This document shows, piece after piece, positions 39,413-53,075 of a stretch of DNA of 64,000 bases. The notes beneath the pieces are model-generated. The model ran no database searches. It was given only the letters and a program-made list of their open reading frames with translations, and was not told where the DNA came from. Location: assembly GCF_037042905.1 (NCBI RefSeq), contig NC_087251.1, positions 434,001 to 498,000 of the forward strand, written 5' to 3'. The DNA comes from Lytechinus pictus. Taxonomy: Eukaryota. Numbering within the stretch: the first letter of the stretch is position 1; the number at the start of each line of letters is the position of its first letter. Made by a program: the position numbers and the translations under genes.

Positions 39413-42249
39413 ATATCCCCATAGACTTAACACGTGAAGCTCAAAATCTGTCATGGTTCATTCACAATGCTGACTTTCAATTGAAAATTTCGGCACAATC
39501 CCGACATCTAATGAAAAAATAGAGACAACATTACCGAAAGTGCATAGTCTCAGCTACAATATATTCAAATTTGGAAAAATTAGGAGCAAGGATTATCGAG
39601 ATACAGCTCAAAGAACATTGTCATATAGATTCATGTTTTGAGAAAAGTTCACCTTCCATAGACTTAACACGCAAATAGTGAAAATTTTGACACTTGGCCT
39701 TTAATCGAAAATATGACCATGAAAACGTCCTCTAAACGAAATTTGACATGAGGTATTTCAAAAGAGAATTGACTGAGCTATAACATATCAAAATTTGGGA
39801 GAGAATCGACCAACAATAAGCGAGATAACCGCAAATGAATTTGAAATTTGTGACGTCAAAATTTAAAAATACATTTTTTTTAATTAGAAGATGATATGAC
39901 GTCACAATGTCCGATCAGCCCAAATGATGCATGAATTCATATCTACAACTCATAGGCTTTTCAGAATATGTAATAAAATTTGGGGGTATCCAGGCATTCT
40001 GAGGAGCTATGGTGGATTTAAGATAGGCATGATTTTGTGTATTATTCGCCATAGACGCGCGCACGGATTTCACACTTTGACGCGCACCTGTGACATAATG
40101 GAAAGTCACTTTGAGTTGCAAATTTTTGCAACTTGTTAAGAAAAGTATCAGGATTCCAAAAATGTAAGAAAAAAGAGGTTTCTGCGTTCCGTACGCGTGA
40201 GGACGCGTACGCACAGAAATTTTCAAAATGCTCAAAATTGTCTGAAATGTACTCTCGTTTGATCAAAGTTGAATATTGAGCATTTTTTAATTTAGAAGCG
40301 TGCGACGCACACGCGGTCATGAATGCAACTCGGCGGTAGATATTAACCTGAAGTTAATGCCTACCAAAAGAATTTTGAAAATGACGTTTAGTTAGGAAGA
40401 TATGGTCAATTACATGACTCAAGGTGAAAAACACAAAATGGCGCCTACGTGACGTCATGCATTACTGATTATCATGAAAAGCTTGACACCGATTCTTCTG
40501 ATGAATGTCATTGATCATGGAAATTTTCATGTTAATTGAATGATGAAAACTTAAAGAAAGTGCGTGAACAAAATCAGGAAGAAAGAAAGAAGAATAAAGA
40601 ATAAATAATAATAAAAAAGATTCTGACAATCACAAGAGGTGATACACTGATGGCGTATCACCTTACAAGTTGGAACAATAAAAAGTCATTCTAGACAATT
40701 CATTTTTGGTGCCAAATAGGCCTAGAGATTTTGGGAATTTATTATGTTTCGATGAGATAAATTTAATAGTATGCCTACTCTGAAAACCCGAAACTTTATT
40801 ATATAACACAAATTTTAACATTGATGGTATGACGGGAGGCTCACCAAGAACAAGTGTAGGATGCCCTCAATACTACTTGCTAAATAGAGCATATAATCAA
40901 AGATCAAAATAATGAATGATTTATACAAATTATAATAAATATTTCATACAAATTAAAGGAAGTTTACATATAGTATATAGAAATTTCCAAATTATATCCC
41001 AACACAATAAATATTATTTTAAAGTAAATGGGTCTTGAGAACAATTGTGGAAAAGGACGATGCATTTAAAGGAAATCATGAGAAGAGAGGCAGCTAACTT
41101 GTTGTCTTTTGAATTATTAAAGGGATGGTCCGGGCTGAACGTATCTATAGCTTAATGAATAGAGTAGGATTCACTGAGCAAAATGCCGAAAAATAACAAA
41201 GTTATTGAATTTTAAAGTTTAGCAATATTTTGTGAAAACAGTCATCATGAATATTCATTAGGAGGGCTGATGATGTCACATCCCCACATGCTCTTTTGTA
41301 TTTTATTATATGAAATATATGAAATTAGGTTTATTCAAATTTTTTCCTCCAAGAAATAGAAAAATTTGATTGACAACTGATTTAGTGCATTAGATATTTA
41401 TTGCTGCAACTTATTTCATTATAAGGGAGACATATTATTCACTCAAGTATGAACAGGGCTCGAAATTAGCGGTTGCCCGGGTGCCATTGGTAACCAAAAC
41501 TACCGGCATGGTTGCCCGGATGGCAACCAAGAAAATTCCAGATATTTCTTTTCTCAAAGAAAATAAAATTCTCCGGATTTTGCGGCAAGCAAGAATGCTT
41601 TTCCACTCCAAAGTTTACAACTTCGGGAACAGGAAAAACATCTTTCAAGATTGCATTGTTGCAAAGTGTCAGCTCCGAAAGATCGCCCAAACCTATTAAA
41701 ACACATGTTCTTGATCAAGCCATGCGCTATGCGATCCAATAGAGCCAAAACATTGCCTGCCAATGAGGTCTCAGATTGTCTGCCTGTCTGTCAAAGTTTA
41801 GCTAAGTCCTCGGTGAGAACCATAGAGCTTAAAATTTTGACATGATTAAATGAGGTGTTGCAAGTTTATGTAGAAATAATAAAGCACTTCTGTTATAAAT
41901 GGTAAGTGAATGCACAAAATGTAGAGGGCGCAACAGTTTGTTCGTCAATATACACATTATTATCAGATCAAGAATGTGGAAAGGGGTCTCAGGACTAACC
42001 TTTACACTTGCGCGGTTGTTACATCTTCATTTTTTTAAAAGACAGAAAAATTGACATTTTTTCAATTTTTCTTTGATAATTACTGCTACTTCATGAACAT
42101 GTGTTATCTTACTCATTAATATGCATGAGCATGATTGCCTATTCATATCAGATTCATGAATATTGATGAGCAACTTAAAATATGGCATTTTCTAAAGATT
42201 GAGGATATTTTTGAATGCCAAGTTGTAATAAGAACTTGAATCATGTGTA

Positions 42250-43892
42250 GGGGAGACCGGGGTTAGTTGAAACATTGTAATTTTTTTTAACATCTTTAAA
42301 TAAATTTCTGCAATACTGCCCTCAATTTATTGTCATTATCAACAGCCATCCACCATATTACAGACAACACATGTGCAACAAGCCTGGTGAAGTTAGAAAG
42401 GAATTTTTTTTTGGACCTTCTGAGTAATTTTTTTCTCTTTCAGAAATGTTTTATTATCTCAGAGAAGTTTATAGATCAGGTTGGCCAGTTTGGGGGTATA
42501 ATAGACACTTGTACCAAGCTACAAAATGAGGTTATTTATATGCCATGGTGAAGTCCCTTTTTTGTGCTGTAAGCTTATAAACGTCAATGGGCCTCCGGGG
42601 TTAGTTGGAACAAAATTGAAGGGGCTAGTTGGAACATGTTCCAACTTACCCCAAACATAATTATGAATAAAAACATTGGATAAGAGAAAAAATATATAAA
42701 GTATTTCACATTCTTCTGAACATGTATTGTATACCATGCTTGTTTTGTTTATCAGTTAGGTCTGAGTGTGCATTTAAGGTCTATTACATAGGCCCCTATT
42801 GCAATATTAACCTTTATCAAACTGGGGGGGGTCAATATGAGCCCCCCCTCAAGAAATGTTGTCACTACGCCGTTGTGCGAAATTTTTTGACTACACTGCT
42901 CAATGGCTTTTTACTTTCAGTCTTGCGCATCATTTGAGACCAAATTTGCAATGCCTGCACGGTTTCGAAATTACACAACATTTTGTACGTGCATGTCGGA
43001 CCCAAAATTGCTCAAAAACGTGATTCCATGTACAAGGTCAATGCAAATTGTGTTCTTCAACCAAAAGTCATAAATATATGATTATTTTTTACTTTGTTGG
43101 TTCAAATAGATTTATTTTATGCTATTTATGATCGCAAAAGAGTCCCAACAAAGTTCATCGGAAAAAACAAAGGTTCGAAAAAACAAAGAAATACAAATAA
43201 AAAAACAAAAAATACATAAGAAATTATATTTTTTTCAATTTTTTGTGGATATTTGTGAAAATTGTGAAAATTTATACTCTCACCAAAAATTAGCATTCTA
43301 CTAGCTTAATAAATTAGGCAAAAACATACCAAAAAAAAAAAAGCTTATTGCATAATTAATTAATGAAAAAAATATAAACAATTAATTTTTGTCTCGTAAT
43401 TTTGATGCAGAAGTACATGAAATTGCTGATAGTACACTTAATTGCATGTAAAATCAAACGAACCCAAATATGCGTAATTCTACTACACAGTCTGCTTCCG
43501 TGACTGGCTGTATAATAGAAAACATAAAGTTCAACAAATCCACACTTTAAATATTTTGAACTTGAAAAAAATAAAGCAAATGAGCTACAACCATGTAATA
43601 TTAGTTTTAAGTAGTTTTAGTATAATTCTTAATTGAACAGTATGCAGTGTTCCAACTTACCCCATACCATGTTCCAACTTACCCTGTATTGGGGTAAGTT
43701 GGAACGTTTGCGATGGTCTTGTTCAAGGTGGATTTTTTCAGTAACCATAATAGAGTTTAAAATTTTATGGGGTACATTTGAAGCCCTTAGATATATGCTT
43801 CAAGCTGATATATTGATTGTTTCTCGAATAAAATCTATTTGGATTTAACAGCCATTTTTGTCAAAAATGTTCCAACTAGCCCCGGTCTCCCC
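42250..43892. mobile_element. Tc1/mariner (pogo-like) non-autonomous element with TA TSD, containing a piggyBac-like fragment from ~42810
   Basis: TA|GGGGAGACCGGGGTTAGTTG...CAACTAGCCCCGGTCTCCCC|TA. Confidence 0.8.
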
Positions 43893-44812
43893 TACATATC
43901 GGAGTGACAATGATCTGATTATATTTGCGCATCATGAGGTCAAAGAGGTCAAAGGTCATAGAGGTCATATTGCTCTATATGGAAATATAGCAATAAGTAA
44001 AAAACCGTTTGAATGATATACTTCAAACTTGGTTCCTACATTCATATTGGATGGACAATGATCCGAGTAGACATTGGGGTTACATGGTCAAAGGTCAAAG
44101 GTCATAGCGGTCATTACTGTATGTATGGACATAAATTTCATTCTCTTGACAACTGTAGATCCGTTTGGGGAATCCGTTTAGGTCATAAACATGTATGCAT
44201 GTCGGCTGACAATGATGTGATAAGAAATTGAGAAGTTGTCCTTGACAAGTGGAAATGTGTCAGAGCTTGCTAGAGACTTGACAGACATAGCATCAATTAT
44301 TTACAAACTTGATTCTAACCAAGATTTGGAGTCAAGAAAATTATATGTATTCGAATTTCATACATGTATACTTTTTAAACAATGTCTGCTTATTGACAAC
44401 CTAAAAATTGTCAGAGGCTTGACATAGCACCAAGTAGTGTGCAAACTGGATTATACATACATTGCAAATAGACCTCCTTCAGCTATAACATATACATTTG
44501 TACATGTGCTCACATATATTCAAATTTTATACTTCCTAAATAATGGCTACTCTTGACATCTGAATGCTTGTCAGAGATGTGACTGACATAGCAACAATTA
44601 GTGTATGCAAACTGGATTCTATGGTTTGTATTATATACCAAATTACATATCTATTCAAATTTCATAATACTCTTTAAATTCTTCGTAAAAAAAAGCTGTG
44701 CAAGCCAACATACATAGTACCTGTATTCCAATTTTCCCAGTTCATTTACTTCTTTATATCTTTTTATTAATTGTTTTTAACAACCTGAAAATTTGCCGCA
44801 GGCTTTCCAGAG

Positions 44813-45603
44813 TAGGGACAGTGATTTTCCGCGATCGCGGAAAACGGACGGAATTCACGGAATCGGCCTTTTGAAACGGAAAGTGGCTTTTCAAACGGAA
44901 AATCACAGAAAATTTGTTTTTTCTCAAAATGCACAAAATATCCACAGAAATTAATCCCAAATCCTCAACAAAATACGAATATCAACTGAAAAAAACACGA
45001 TCTCACTCACTTTGCAACAACAATAATGACAATCAACACATCGTAACTACACTCGAGCCCCTCCATCACTCGATCTTATCTAAATTAGTTCACACTGACG
45101 TCCGCATATAAGGCAGAATACGGCCGTGTGTTGCTGCCCTCTGCGTTCGGTCATAATACAATGATCACGGTGATTGAACAAATCCAAAATGGCGGATAGG
45201 CGGAAGTCGTCGACTGCTCAAAACGATGTCCTAAAAGTCCCCAAATCAGCATAAAATCCCATGTAACCATAAAATAATGCTAATAATATAAAAGGTGAGG
45301 ATGTATTAATGTTAATTATGTTTCTCTAAATAGTTTTTGAGCTCGAATCTCTTTGATTAAAATGGATTTTAAAGCGATGTTAGTACATTGGTAGATGCAA
45401 ATTTTGACCAGCGCTAGCATTTTGACATCGCTATTCATTGCGTATTGTTTTTTCTATGTAAACGGAATTGTCACTTTTTCATACAAAATGTACACAAAGT
45501 CTATGGGGAAACGGAATTTCTGTTTTCAGACATGCTGAAACGGAATTTGAGATTTTCTGAAACGGAAAAGGCAATTTTTAGAAACGGAAAATTACTGTCC
45601 CTA
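44813..45603. mobile_element. hAT-like element with 6-bp TSD
   Basis: TIR TAGGGACAGT(G/A)ATTTTCCG, CCAGAG on both sides, AAACGGAA subterminal repeats. Confidence 0.88.
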
Positions 45604-47599
45604 CCAGAGCAACACATTTAGTCTATGGTGCAGACGCCAAGTCCAAGTTTTCATTTACTGATTGGTTACCAAATTACATAATGTTATCATATTATGATAA
45701 ATACTTTTCATAGGTTGACTATATTAAACACAGGAGTAAAATAGCTTAAAATACCTTCCTCACTAGTAGTTATTTGTCTGAAGGAAAACACAATTTGCTT
45801 CGCTCCCTCGCTCATGGATTCTGTGAAAATTTGAATGCTCCCTTTGGCATGAGCTTATCTAAATCAAGGAGTGGCTAGTTAAAAACAAAGGGTTTCTCAA
45901 GGTTTAGTATGATTTTCTGAATTTCAGTTATTACATTTAATAATAATATAGGACTATATGTAGGTCTTGTGAAACCTGCAACATTTTGAAGGGGTTTGCT
46001 ATCGATGGTTCACACATTCTGTGTACAATCATCAGTTATTACCTGAACTTCATTATGGCAACCTAAAATGCCATTTGGCAACCTAAAAATTGGTATAGGT
46101 TGCCCAGCTGGCAACCAAAGAAAAAAGTTAAGTGAGAGCCCTGATGAAATAATGAAAAAATTATGATTTTATGTAATAACATAAGAAAACGGAAAGTGGG
46201 GATGTGACATCATCAGCCCACCTAATGAATATTCATGATGACTGTTCTCACAAAATATTGCTAAACTTTAAACTTCAATAACTTTATTATTTGTTATCCG
46301 ATTTTGATAAAATTTTCGGCATTTTGCTCAGTAAATTCTACTCTATGTATTAAGATATAAAAATTTTCAGCCTGGACCATCCCTTTAATTGTCAACCTTC
46401 AATTAACATTGTATGTTTTTAATGTGAAATCATCAATATGTTGTTTCTGCATTGTAGGCCTTATTGTTTTGTATATATTTTGTAAATCATTTTGTATGTA
46501 CACAGGTAAGCCCGAGTCAAATCAATTTTAAAATCGGTGTTCGATCGATGTCATCGAACGCCGGTGCAGATTTTGCAAAATCGGTGCATCGAAAATAAAT
46601 AAAAATATGTCGGCCGGCCGATTCTTTCACACAATCAATCATCAAAATAAACAGTAATGTCCAACTTGACTTCTACTTACTTGATTTATATTGCCCCCAA
46701 AATGAAACCGATTGTGTAATTATGATGCCTATATTCACCATTAATTTGAAGTCTATTTCGATCATAGTTCGAGTCTTACTTGTCTGCTCGTGCCGAGATA
46801 ATTCATGCACGATGAATTCATGAATGGAAGTCGCCATCAATCGTGCATGCGCAGTACTGTGCTTTAATCAAACCAGAAAATGGCCGGAAAATTGACGCGG
46901 TCAACGTCAATAAATCTTCAATAAATCTTACATAAGTTGCTTTCATGAACAATATTAATATAATTACCATAGAACATGATTTAATTGTAATATTTAACAA
47001 TAATTTGCATATGATAATCATTAATACAAATTTAGAGCTTGATGTGAAACGTTTGTATTTCGTTTCAATTTTCAATGGCGGACATCTCATGATGATCGAC
47101 TTGAGTGAGTGCACTTATCTAAAAAAATTATTATCACGTCAGGATTGATTCTCGAACATTGTCAACATGCAGAAACTCTTTTCAAGATCGTAATATCACC
47201 ATTTAATAACATTTTACATGACAAAACAGAGAAAATTGCGTTTGATATTTTTTCCCATCAATTTGAAGCTAGTTTGTGCCCAACTTTGGGCTTTGATTTC
47301 ATGAATGGAAAATATATTCATACGTCATCGAACGGGCATTTTGCTTCTTTTATCAGAGCTCGGAGGAGACATCCAGAGATGGAATAAAAATAAAAATAAT
47401 GCCAGTATAATACTATTAATTCTTCCATATATATGAACATAACATACTTTGCTGACATCGTCAGTATTTTTAGTATGGCCATAAAATCTTATTGAATCGT
47501 AATTATTTACATCCAATAATAATTTATATAAATTTAGAGCGCGATCCGAAACATTCGATTTATTTCGATCGCATGCTCTTGAGTCTTGTGTCTAAAATA

Positions 47600-48612
47600 A
47601 ACAAGTGGAACGCCTCTGGCAATCTTGCCTGCATTACGCGATTTAATATAGCAGCAGTGCTAACTTTGAAAACTACTATTAAATAATCATTCACAAAAAC
47701 ACCATTCATATAATGACATAATACCACGTTCATTGACCATAAATGACATTTGACGGTGACTTAAGACTTGTCAACTACACCCATGTCCACATTTCATTCA
47801 CTCTATCCATAAACTTTCAAAGTTATGATGGCAATTCAACAATTACCCCAACATGGCCTAAGTTTATTGACCTTAACTGACCTTTGACCTTGGTTTTTTG
47901 ACCTGAAACTCACAGGGGATGTTCAGTGATACTTGATTACTCTTATATCCCAAGTTGTATGAACTAGATCCATAAACTTTCAGAGTTAGGATGGTAATTC
48001 AACAAATACCCCTAACATGGCCAAAGTTCATTAACCTTTAATGACCTTTGACCATGGTCATGTGACCTGAAACTTGTACAGGATGCTCAGTGATACTTGA
48101 TTACTCTTATATCCAAGTTTTATGAACTAGATCCATAAACTTTCAGAGTTAGGATGGTAATTCAACAAATACCCCCAACTTGGCCAAAGTTCATTGACCC
48201 TAAATGACCTTTGACCTTGGTCATGTGACCTGAAACTCAGGCAGGATGTTCACTAATACTTGATTAACCTTATGTCCAAGTTTCATGAACTAGGTCCATA
48301 TACTTTCTAAGTTATGATGTCATTTCTAAAACTTAACCTTCGGTTAAGATTTTGAAAATAATTCTCCCAACATGGTCAAAGTTCATTGACCCTAAATGAC
48401 CTTTGACCTTGGTCATGTGACCTGAAACTCAGGCAGGATGTTCAGTAATACTTGATTAACCTTACGTCCAAGTTTCATGAACTAGGTCCATAGACTTTCT
48501 AAGTTACGATGTCATTTCAAATACTTAACCTTAGGTTAAGATTTGATGTTGACGCCGCCGGCGCCGTCGGAAAAGCGGCGCCTATAGTCTCGCTCTGCTA
48601 TGCAGGCGAGAC
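47600..48612. mobile_element. Complete Helentron/HINE-like element with ~163-bp internal tandem repeats
   Basis: AACAAG end. Subterminal TCTTGCCTGCAT is inverted to terminal ATGCAGGCGAGAC. Terminal hairpin, no TSD, A-rich flanks. Confidence 0.85.
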
Positions 48613-48636
48613 AAAAATGAATAAAAAAAAGAAATA

Positions 48637-49131
48637 GACAAGTCATAAGCGATGTTCTGTCTCACTCACTTGTGAAAGTAACCAGAAATATCGTGATTTG
48701 CGAGTGCACGCAACAGAATTGTATCAAAAGTTAATTGTTAAATAACTGGGATAGAATAACATTTTTCATAAGTCTTGCTCCTTTAATTTTGACCTCAAAA
48801 TGACCTTTGATCTTAACATGTGACCTCTGAACACAATAACATGCAGGCCTCCTAAGTAAATCTACAACCCGAGTTTGCGTGAAAAATGAATTACGGTTGT
48901 GGATTTATGTGTCATAAGAGTCTTGCACAAAAATTAAACATTGACCTTTGACCTTACCATGTGACCTCCAACTGCAGCATTACATGCAGGTCCCCAAGTA
49001 CATCTACCATCTAAGTTTGGTTGAAAAGTTACTAACGATTGCGGGGTTATATGTCATGTTTGTGACAGACGGAGGGACAACAGACGACATCTGGATCCCT
49101 TAGTCTCGCCTTCACCGCTGGTGGGCGAGAC
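48637..49131. mobile_element. Helentron/HINE-like element (third family), directly after the previous one
   Basis: ACAAG end, subterminal GTCTCACTCAC vs terminal hairpin GTCTCGCC...GTGGGCGAGAC. TGACCTTTGA core motifs and a GACA-type microsatellite remnant. Confidence 0.7.
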
Positions 49132-50100
49132 AATGAATGAATGAATGAATGAAAAAATAAAACAACAAAATAACAAAAAAAAATAAAAAATAACCGTTGT
49201 TTCACAAGTTCCGCCTGTGAATGATTTATGCATGCCTTCCGAGCTCTAGTTTTATTGGATTCCTTTCTCACTTTTCACACCATAATTAGGAGCTGTTTGG
49301 TGTGATTGGCTATTATTCATAAAATAAATGTATTATTCATGTGTATCCCAATAAATAAACCTATATAGGCCTATAAACAGACATGTGTTAATGCAAAAGA
49401 TTCAGGAGAATTTAATCCGGAGAAGTCATGTAAAAATGCCATATTAACAGCAGTAATATCCATGTAATCACATTGTTTATTGAGATACAAATTGTCATTC
49501 ATATTATCAATTGTAATGATGTTGGATTATTTTCTTCACGATAAAGGCTGGAGACGGCATCTCTTTTTGACAGCGTAACATCGTATGAGCAAAGCGAACA
49601 TCCGGTTACTTTTGAAAATCTAGACCTATCCAGCAATGGCCGACCATGCTCCGTGCAATCAGACGATAAGTACGCGTGCCTACTGCGAGTATGCACTCTA
49701 GCAAATTAGTAAATATATCTCTATGACCTGGGTTAACTTAGACCACACTTTTATGAAGTGCAAGTTGTAAACATATTCCCTTATCCTGCTGCAAAAATTC
49801 ATCAAAAAATTAAATTAGTGAAATGGGAAGAATATAAAAATACAGAAGTATAATGAATTTTAATGAATTAATTGGTATATTATAATTGCCATGAATATGA
49901 AAGATTTATTCAGCCAGCATTTCATAAAAGTGTGGTTTAAAATTCAAGTTTAGACTAGGGTTAAACCGAGGTTTCATGATCAAAATACCACTCATTTTGT
50001 TTTTTACTTCATACATGAAATCACGTTTTTGAGCAATTTGAGGTCTCATATACTCTTACACGATATTACATAATTTCGTAAGTTGCGCGATACTTGAAAT

Positions 50101-51905
50101 TAGTGCTGTAGCCGAACCGCCGAACCGAACGGTAGTTCGCCGAACATGGCACTTCCGAACCGAACAGAACCGAACCGAACACTAAGACTTGGTTCGGAAG
50201 TTCGGCAAAAAAAAAAAAAACGGCTTTCAGCTAATAAACTTATAAGTTTACACCCTTTCTAATCATTATATTTGCGCATTCTCTATTTAATCTTCTTTGC
50301 AATTGTATGTTGGAAGTATGCGCTCATTTTGCGGTTACTAGATTTTGTTTTCATTTTCATGTGGTTTTTACGGCCCTGATTAAGAAAGGAGATCCGATGA
50401 ATGATGTTGCGCGAGCTTGCGCTATAATCATTTTACTGGCTTTCATCATCTCTCGCTCTGTGGCCGAATCGCCGAAGCATGGTAAAGAAAACCAAAACTG
50501 TATGAGTGTTAATTGGTTAAATCTAATTATCTAAAATATTGTTGTTTTTAGGTGGCGAACAAGATTCTTGTTTGAAAATCTTCAAAGTATTTTGAATGAA
50601 CGAGCTCAATAAACTGAAAGTGAAAGATGAAGTACCATTAATATTACGAATTACGATACGATGTGATTAAGATCGTAACTCGTGTATTGTTGCGGCGGAG
50701 AATAAAGATCTGATTGAGGTGATTGACATTATTATTGAGGTGTCGGCTCGCTACTGTCTAGTTTTCATGATTTTAGGGAGAAGTAAAGAGTTTTGAAAAC
50801 GAGAGATCCAGTGAAAGTGGGAAATAAAGTGAGTGACTGTTAAGGAGAGACGCAAAACAAATAATATAGAAATGAGAAGTTATCTTTTTTATTATTAACA
50901 ATCAGATGAAAATAAAAATCAAACACTCATGAATGATTACGGTATAGCATATAGCAAGATCCCCTTCCCCTCGTTGACAAGTTGAATGAAGATAAAGCCA
51001 TGCGGAAACATTCATCTCTTGGGGGAAAATGACCCCCAATCTTTACTTTTTTTCCCTTTCTTATCAACTTCTCAAATTAACCATAAACAATTCGATGATC
51101 ACTCTACTCCCCCTGTCCCATTACAGTCGTAAAACTTTGCATCCCACTTGGTCTGTATGTTCATGGTCGAATGAAATCTGACCAATGAAATCATAGAAAT
51201 CTCGGGAATTGCTCTTCAATCAGTGAGCTGAGTTTCGCGAGCAGACAAAGCACGTGGCTGTATGTACCGATGCGACATGCGATTGGTGGTTTAGTTCACC
51301 CATCGAGCCAATTAGCGAAAGGCGCATTACATAAGCACGCTTTCTTCGACACGCCCCTGGCCCTACTATGCCTACAGTTCAGTGCACTGGCGCTGGCCGC
51401 CTCGTATGTGATGCAATTGCCAATCACGTTTGGCCGGACTGTATATATAAATATTCATGAGCTCAGAGTCCCGCTACAAGGGGACTGCACATTCTGGCCT
51501 AGCCTAGCTAGCTGGTACGAGTACGAGCGTAGTTAATTTGGCAAGTGTGGTCCAGGTATGGACGACTAGGAAGAGTCGCCATTTTAGAACTGTGAGTTAC
51601 CCAATAAATCTGTCATCAGATAATCAAATTCGAGATAACAGTTGATTCGTTGAGCGCTATAACTTTCATAGTTTCATGTCAACAAGATAGAGATAAAATG
51701 GTTTGATGTGACAGAGGTACACGCGAGCACATGCAGTCAATCAAGTACAAATTGTCTACCGGTACGCTACGTATACCTGAATGAACTATAGCTTTATATC
51801 AGTCTATCATTACCGAACCCCGAACCGAACCAATGTTCGGCAAATTTCTGCCGAACCTTGCCGAACCGAACCGAACCCGAACATGGCGCCTGACTTGCAG
51901 CACTA
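50101..51905. mobile_element. hAT non-autonomous element with 8-bp TSD
   Basis: TAGTGCTG...CAGCACTA, flanks CTTGAAAT / CTTGAAAG, CCGAA(C) subterminal arrays at both ends. Confidence 0.82.
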
Positions 51906-52126
51906 CTTGAAAGTAAATCAGCAAGCGGTGCAGTCAAAAAATTTTGCGCAACAGATCTAGAAAAATGTCAAGGGGGTCATAATGCACCCCATCCCAGAAG
52001 CATTAGGGTCGATGGAAATGAATAAGAGGAAAATAATCTGCATTGTGTGTTATACATGAAATCGCATACATTGGTTGACCACCATCTATACCTAAAATTA
52101 AAAAAAAATACGATAGAAAAGCCCAC

Positions 52127-52362
52127 CTTTGATGCCTGTTGGTACTCTAATGGCAGCTGACTTGGATCCTTTCTTGCAGCTCTCACATTCCCAATGTCCC
52201 TTTGGCACCTTGCGTACAACTGGTTTACAACACTCCATATGAAAGGCCTTAGGACAATTATCACAACATATCAGTTCACCTCCATGACCACATCGGGAGC
52301 AGACATCATCATGCTCTATCGCATCATCATCTTCGCTTTCCATTTCTTCCTCCGATTCAGCA
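52127..52362 (-). CDS. BAZ1A: Internal exon with acidic tract and PHD finger (EHDDVCSRCGHGGELICCDNCPKAFHMECCKPVVRKVPKGHWECESC)
   Basis: C4HC3 motif. tgcag|T acceptor (phase 2) and AAG|GTGGGC donor (phase 1). 236 nt, keeps frame with both neighbours. Confidence 0.88.
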
Positions 52363-52529
52363 CTGCACATATTTGAATTCAAAATGCAGATTTAATGAAC
52401 ACCTTAACACATGTTATGAATATATATATTTCAATACGGGATTAGTTTATCGAGTGGATTACATTTTCATATAATTTGATTTATTGATAAATATGTTTTG
52501 AAAGAACTTCCATTACAATGAAGACCTAA

Positions 52530-53075
52530 GGGGGGGGGAGGGAGGGAGGGAGGGAGGGAGGGAGGGAGGGAGGGAGGGAGGGAGGGAGGGAGGGAGGGAG
52601 GGAGGGAGGGAGGGAGGGAGGGAGGGAGGGAGGGAGGGAGGGAGGGAGGGAGGGAGGGAGGGAGGGAGGGAGGGAGGGAGGGAGGGAGGGAGGGAGGGAG
52701 GGAGGGAGGGAGGGAGGGAGGGAGGGAGGGAGGGAGGGAGGGAGGGAGGGAGGGAGGGGGGGTATGGGTGGATGTATGATGTATGGATGGTGGGTGAATG
52801 GATGTGGATCGGTGAGTGGGTGGATGGATGGGTGGGTGGATGGTTGGGTGGGTTGGTGGTTGGATGGGTTTGTGGTTGGATGGATGGGTGAATGGGTGGG
52901 TGTGTGGGTGGGTTGGTGGTTGGATGGATGGATAGGTGGGTGGATGGATGGATAGGTGGGTGGATAGATGGATGGATGGGCGGGTAGGTGGGTGGATGTC
53001 TGGGTGGTTGGTTGGGTGGGTGGATGGATGGTTGGATGGGTGGATGGATGGATAGGTGGGTGGATAGATGGATGG
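52530..53075 (+). repeat. Compound microsatellite: (GGGA)n ~220 bp, then degenerate (GGAT/GGGT)n
   Basis: Directly visible. Confidence 0.95.

Larger units (their letters stand above)
37628..40663. mobile_element. Helentron/DINE-like element (second family) with a nested insertion and a tRNA-like segment
   Basis: AACTAG end. Subterminal AGGTGATACGCCATCAG is inverted to the terminal hairpin AGGTGATACACTGATGGCGTATCACCT. No TSD, A-rich flanks. Confidence 0.75.
41454..46143. mobile_element. CAGGG-ended element with 5-bp TSD (hAT5-like), carrying nested TEs
   Basis: CAGGGCTC...GAGCCCTG, ATGAA on both sides. GGTTGCCC/GGCAACC subterminal motifs at both ends. Confidence 0.8.
41121..46384. mobile_element. 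Kolobok-type MITE split by a 4.7-kb nest
   Basis: TTAA|AGGGATGGTCCGGGCTGAA...TTCAGCCTGGACCATCCCT|TTAA. The arms are long inverted repeats. Confidence 0.88.
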
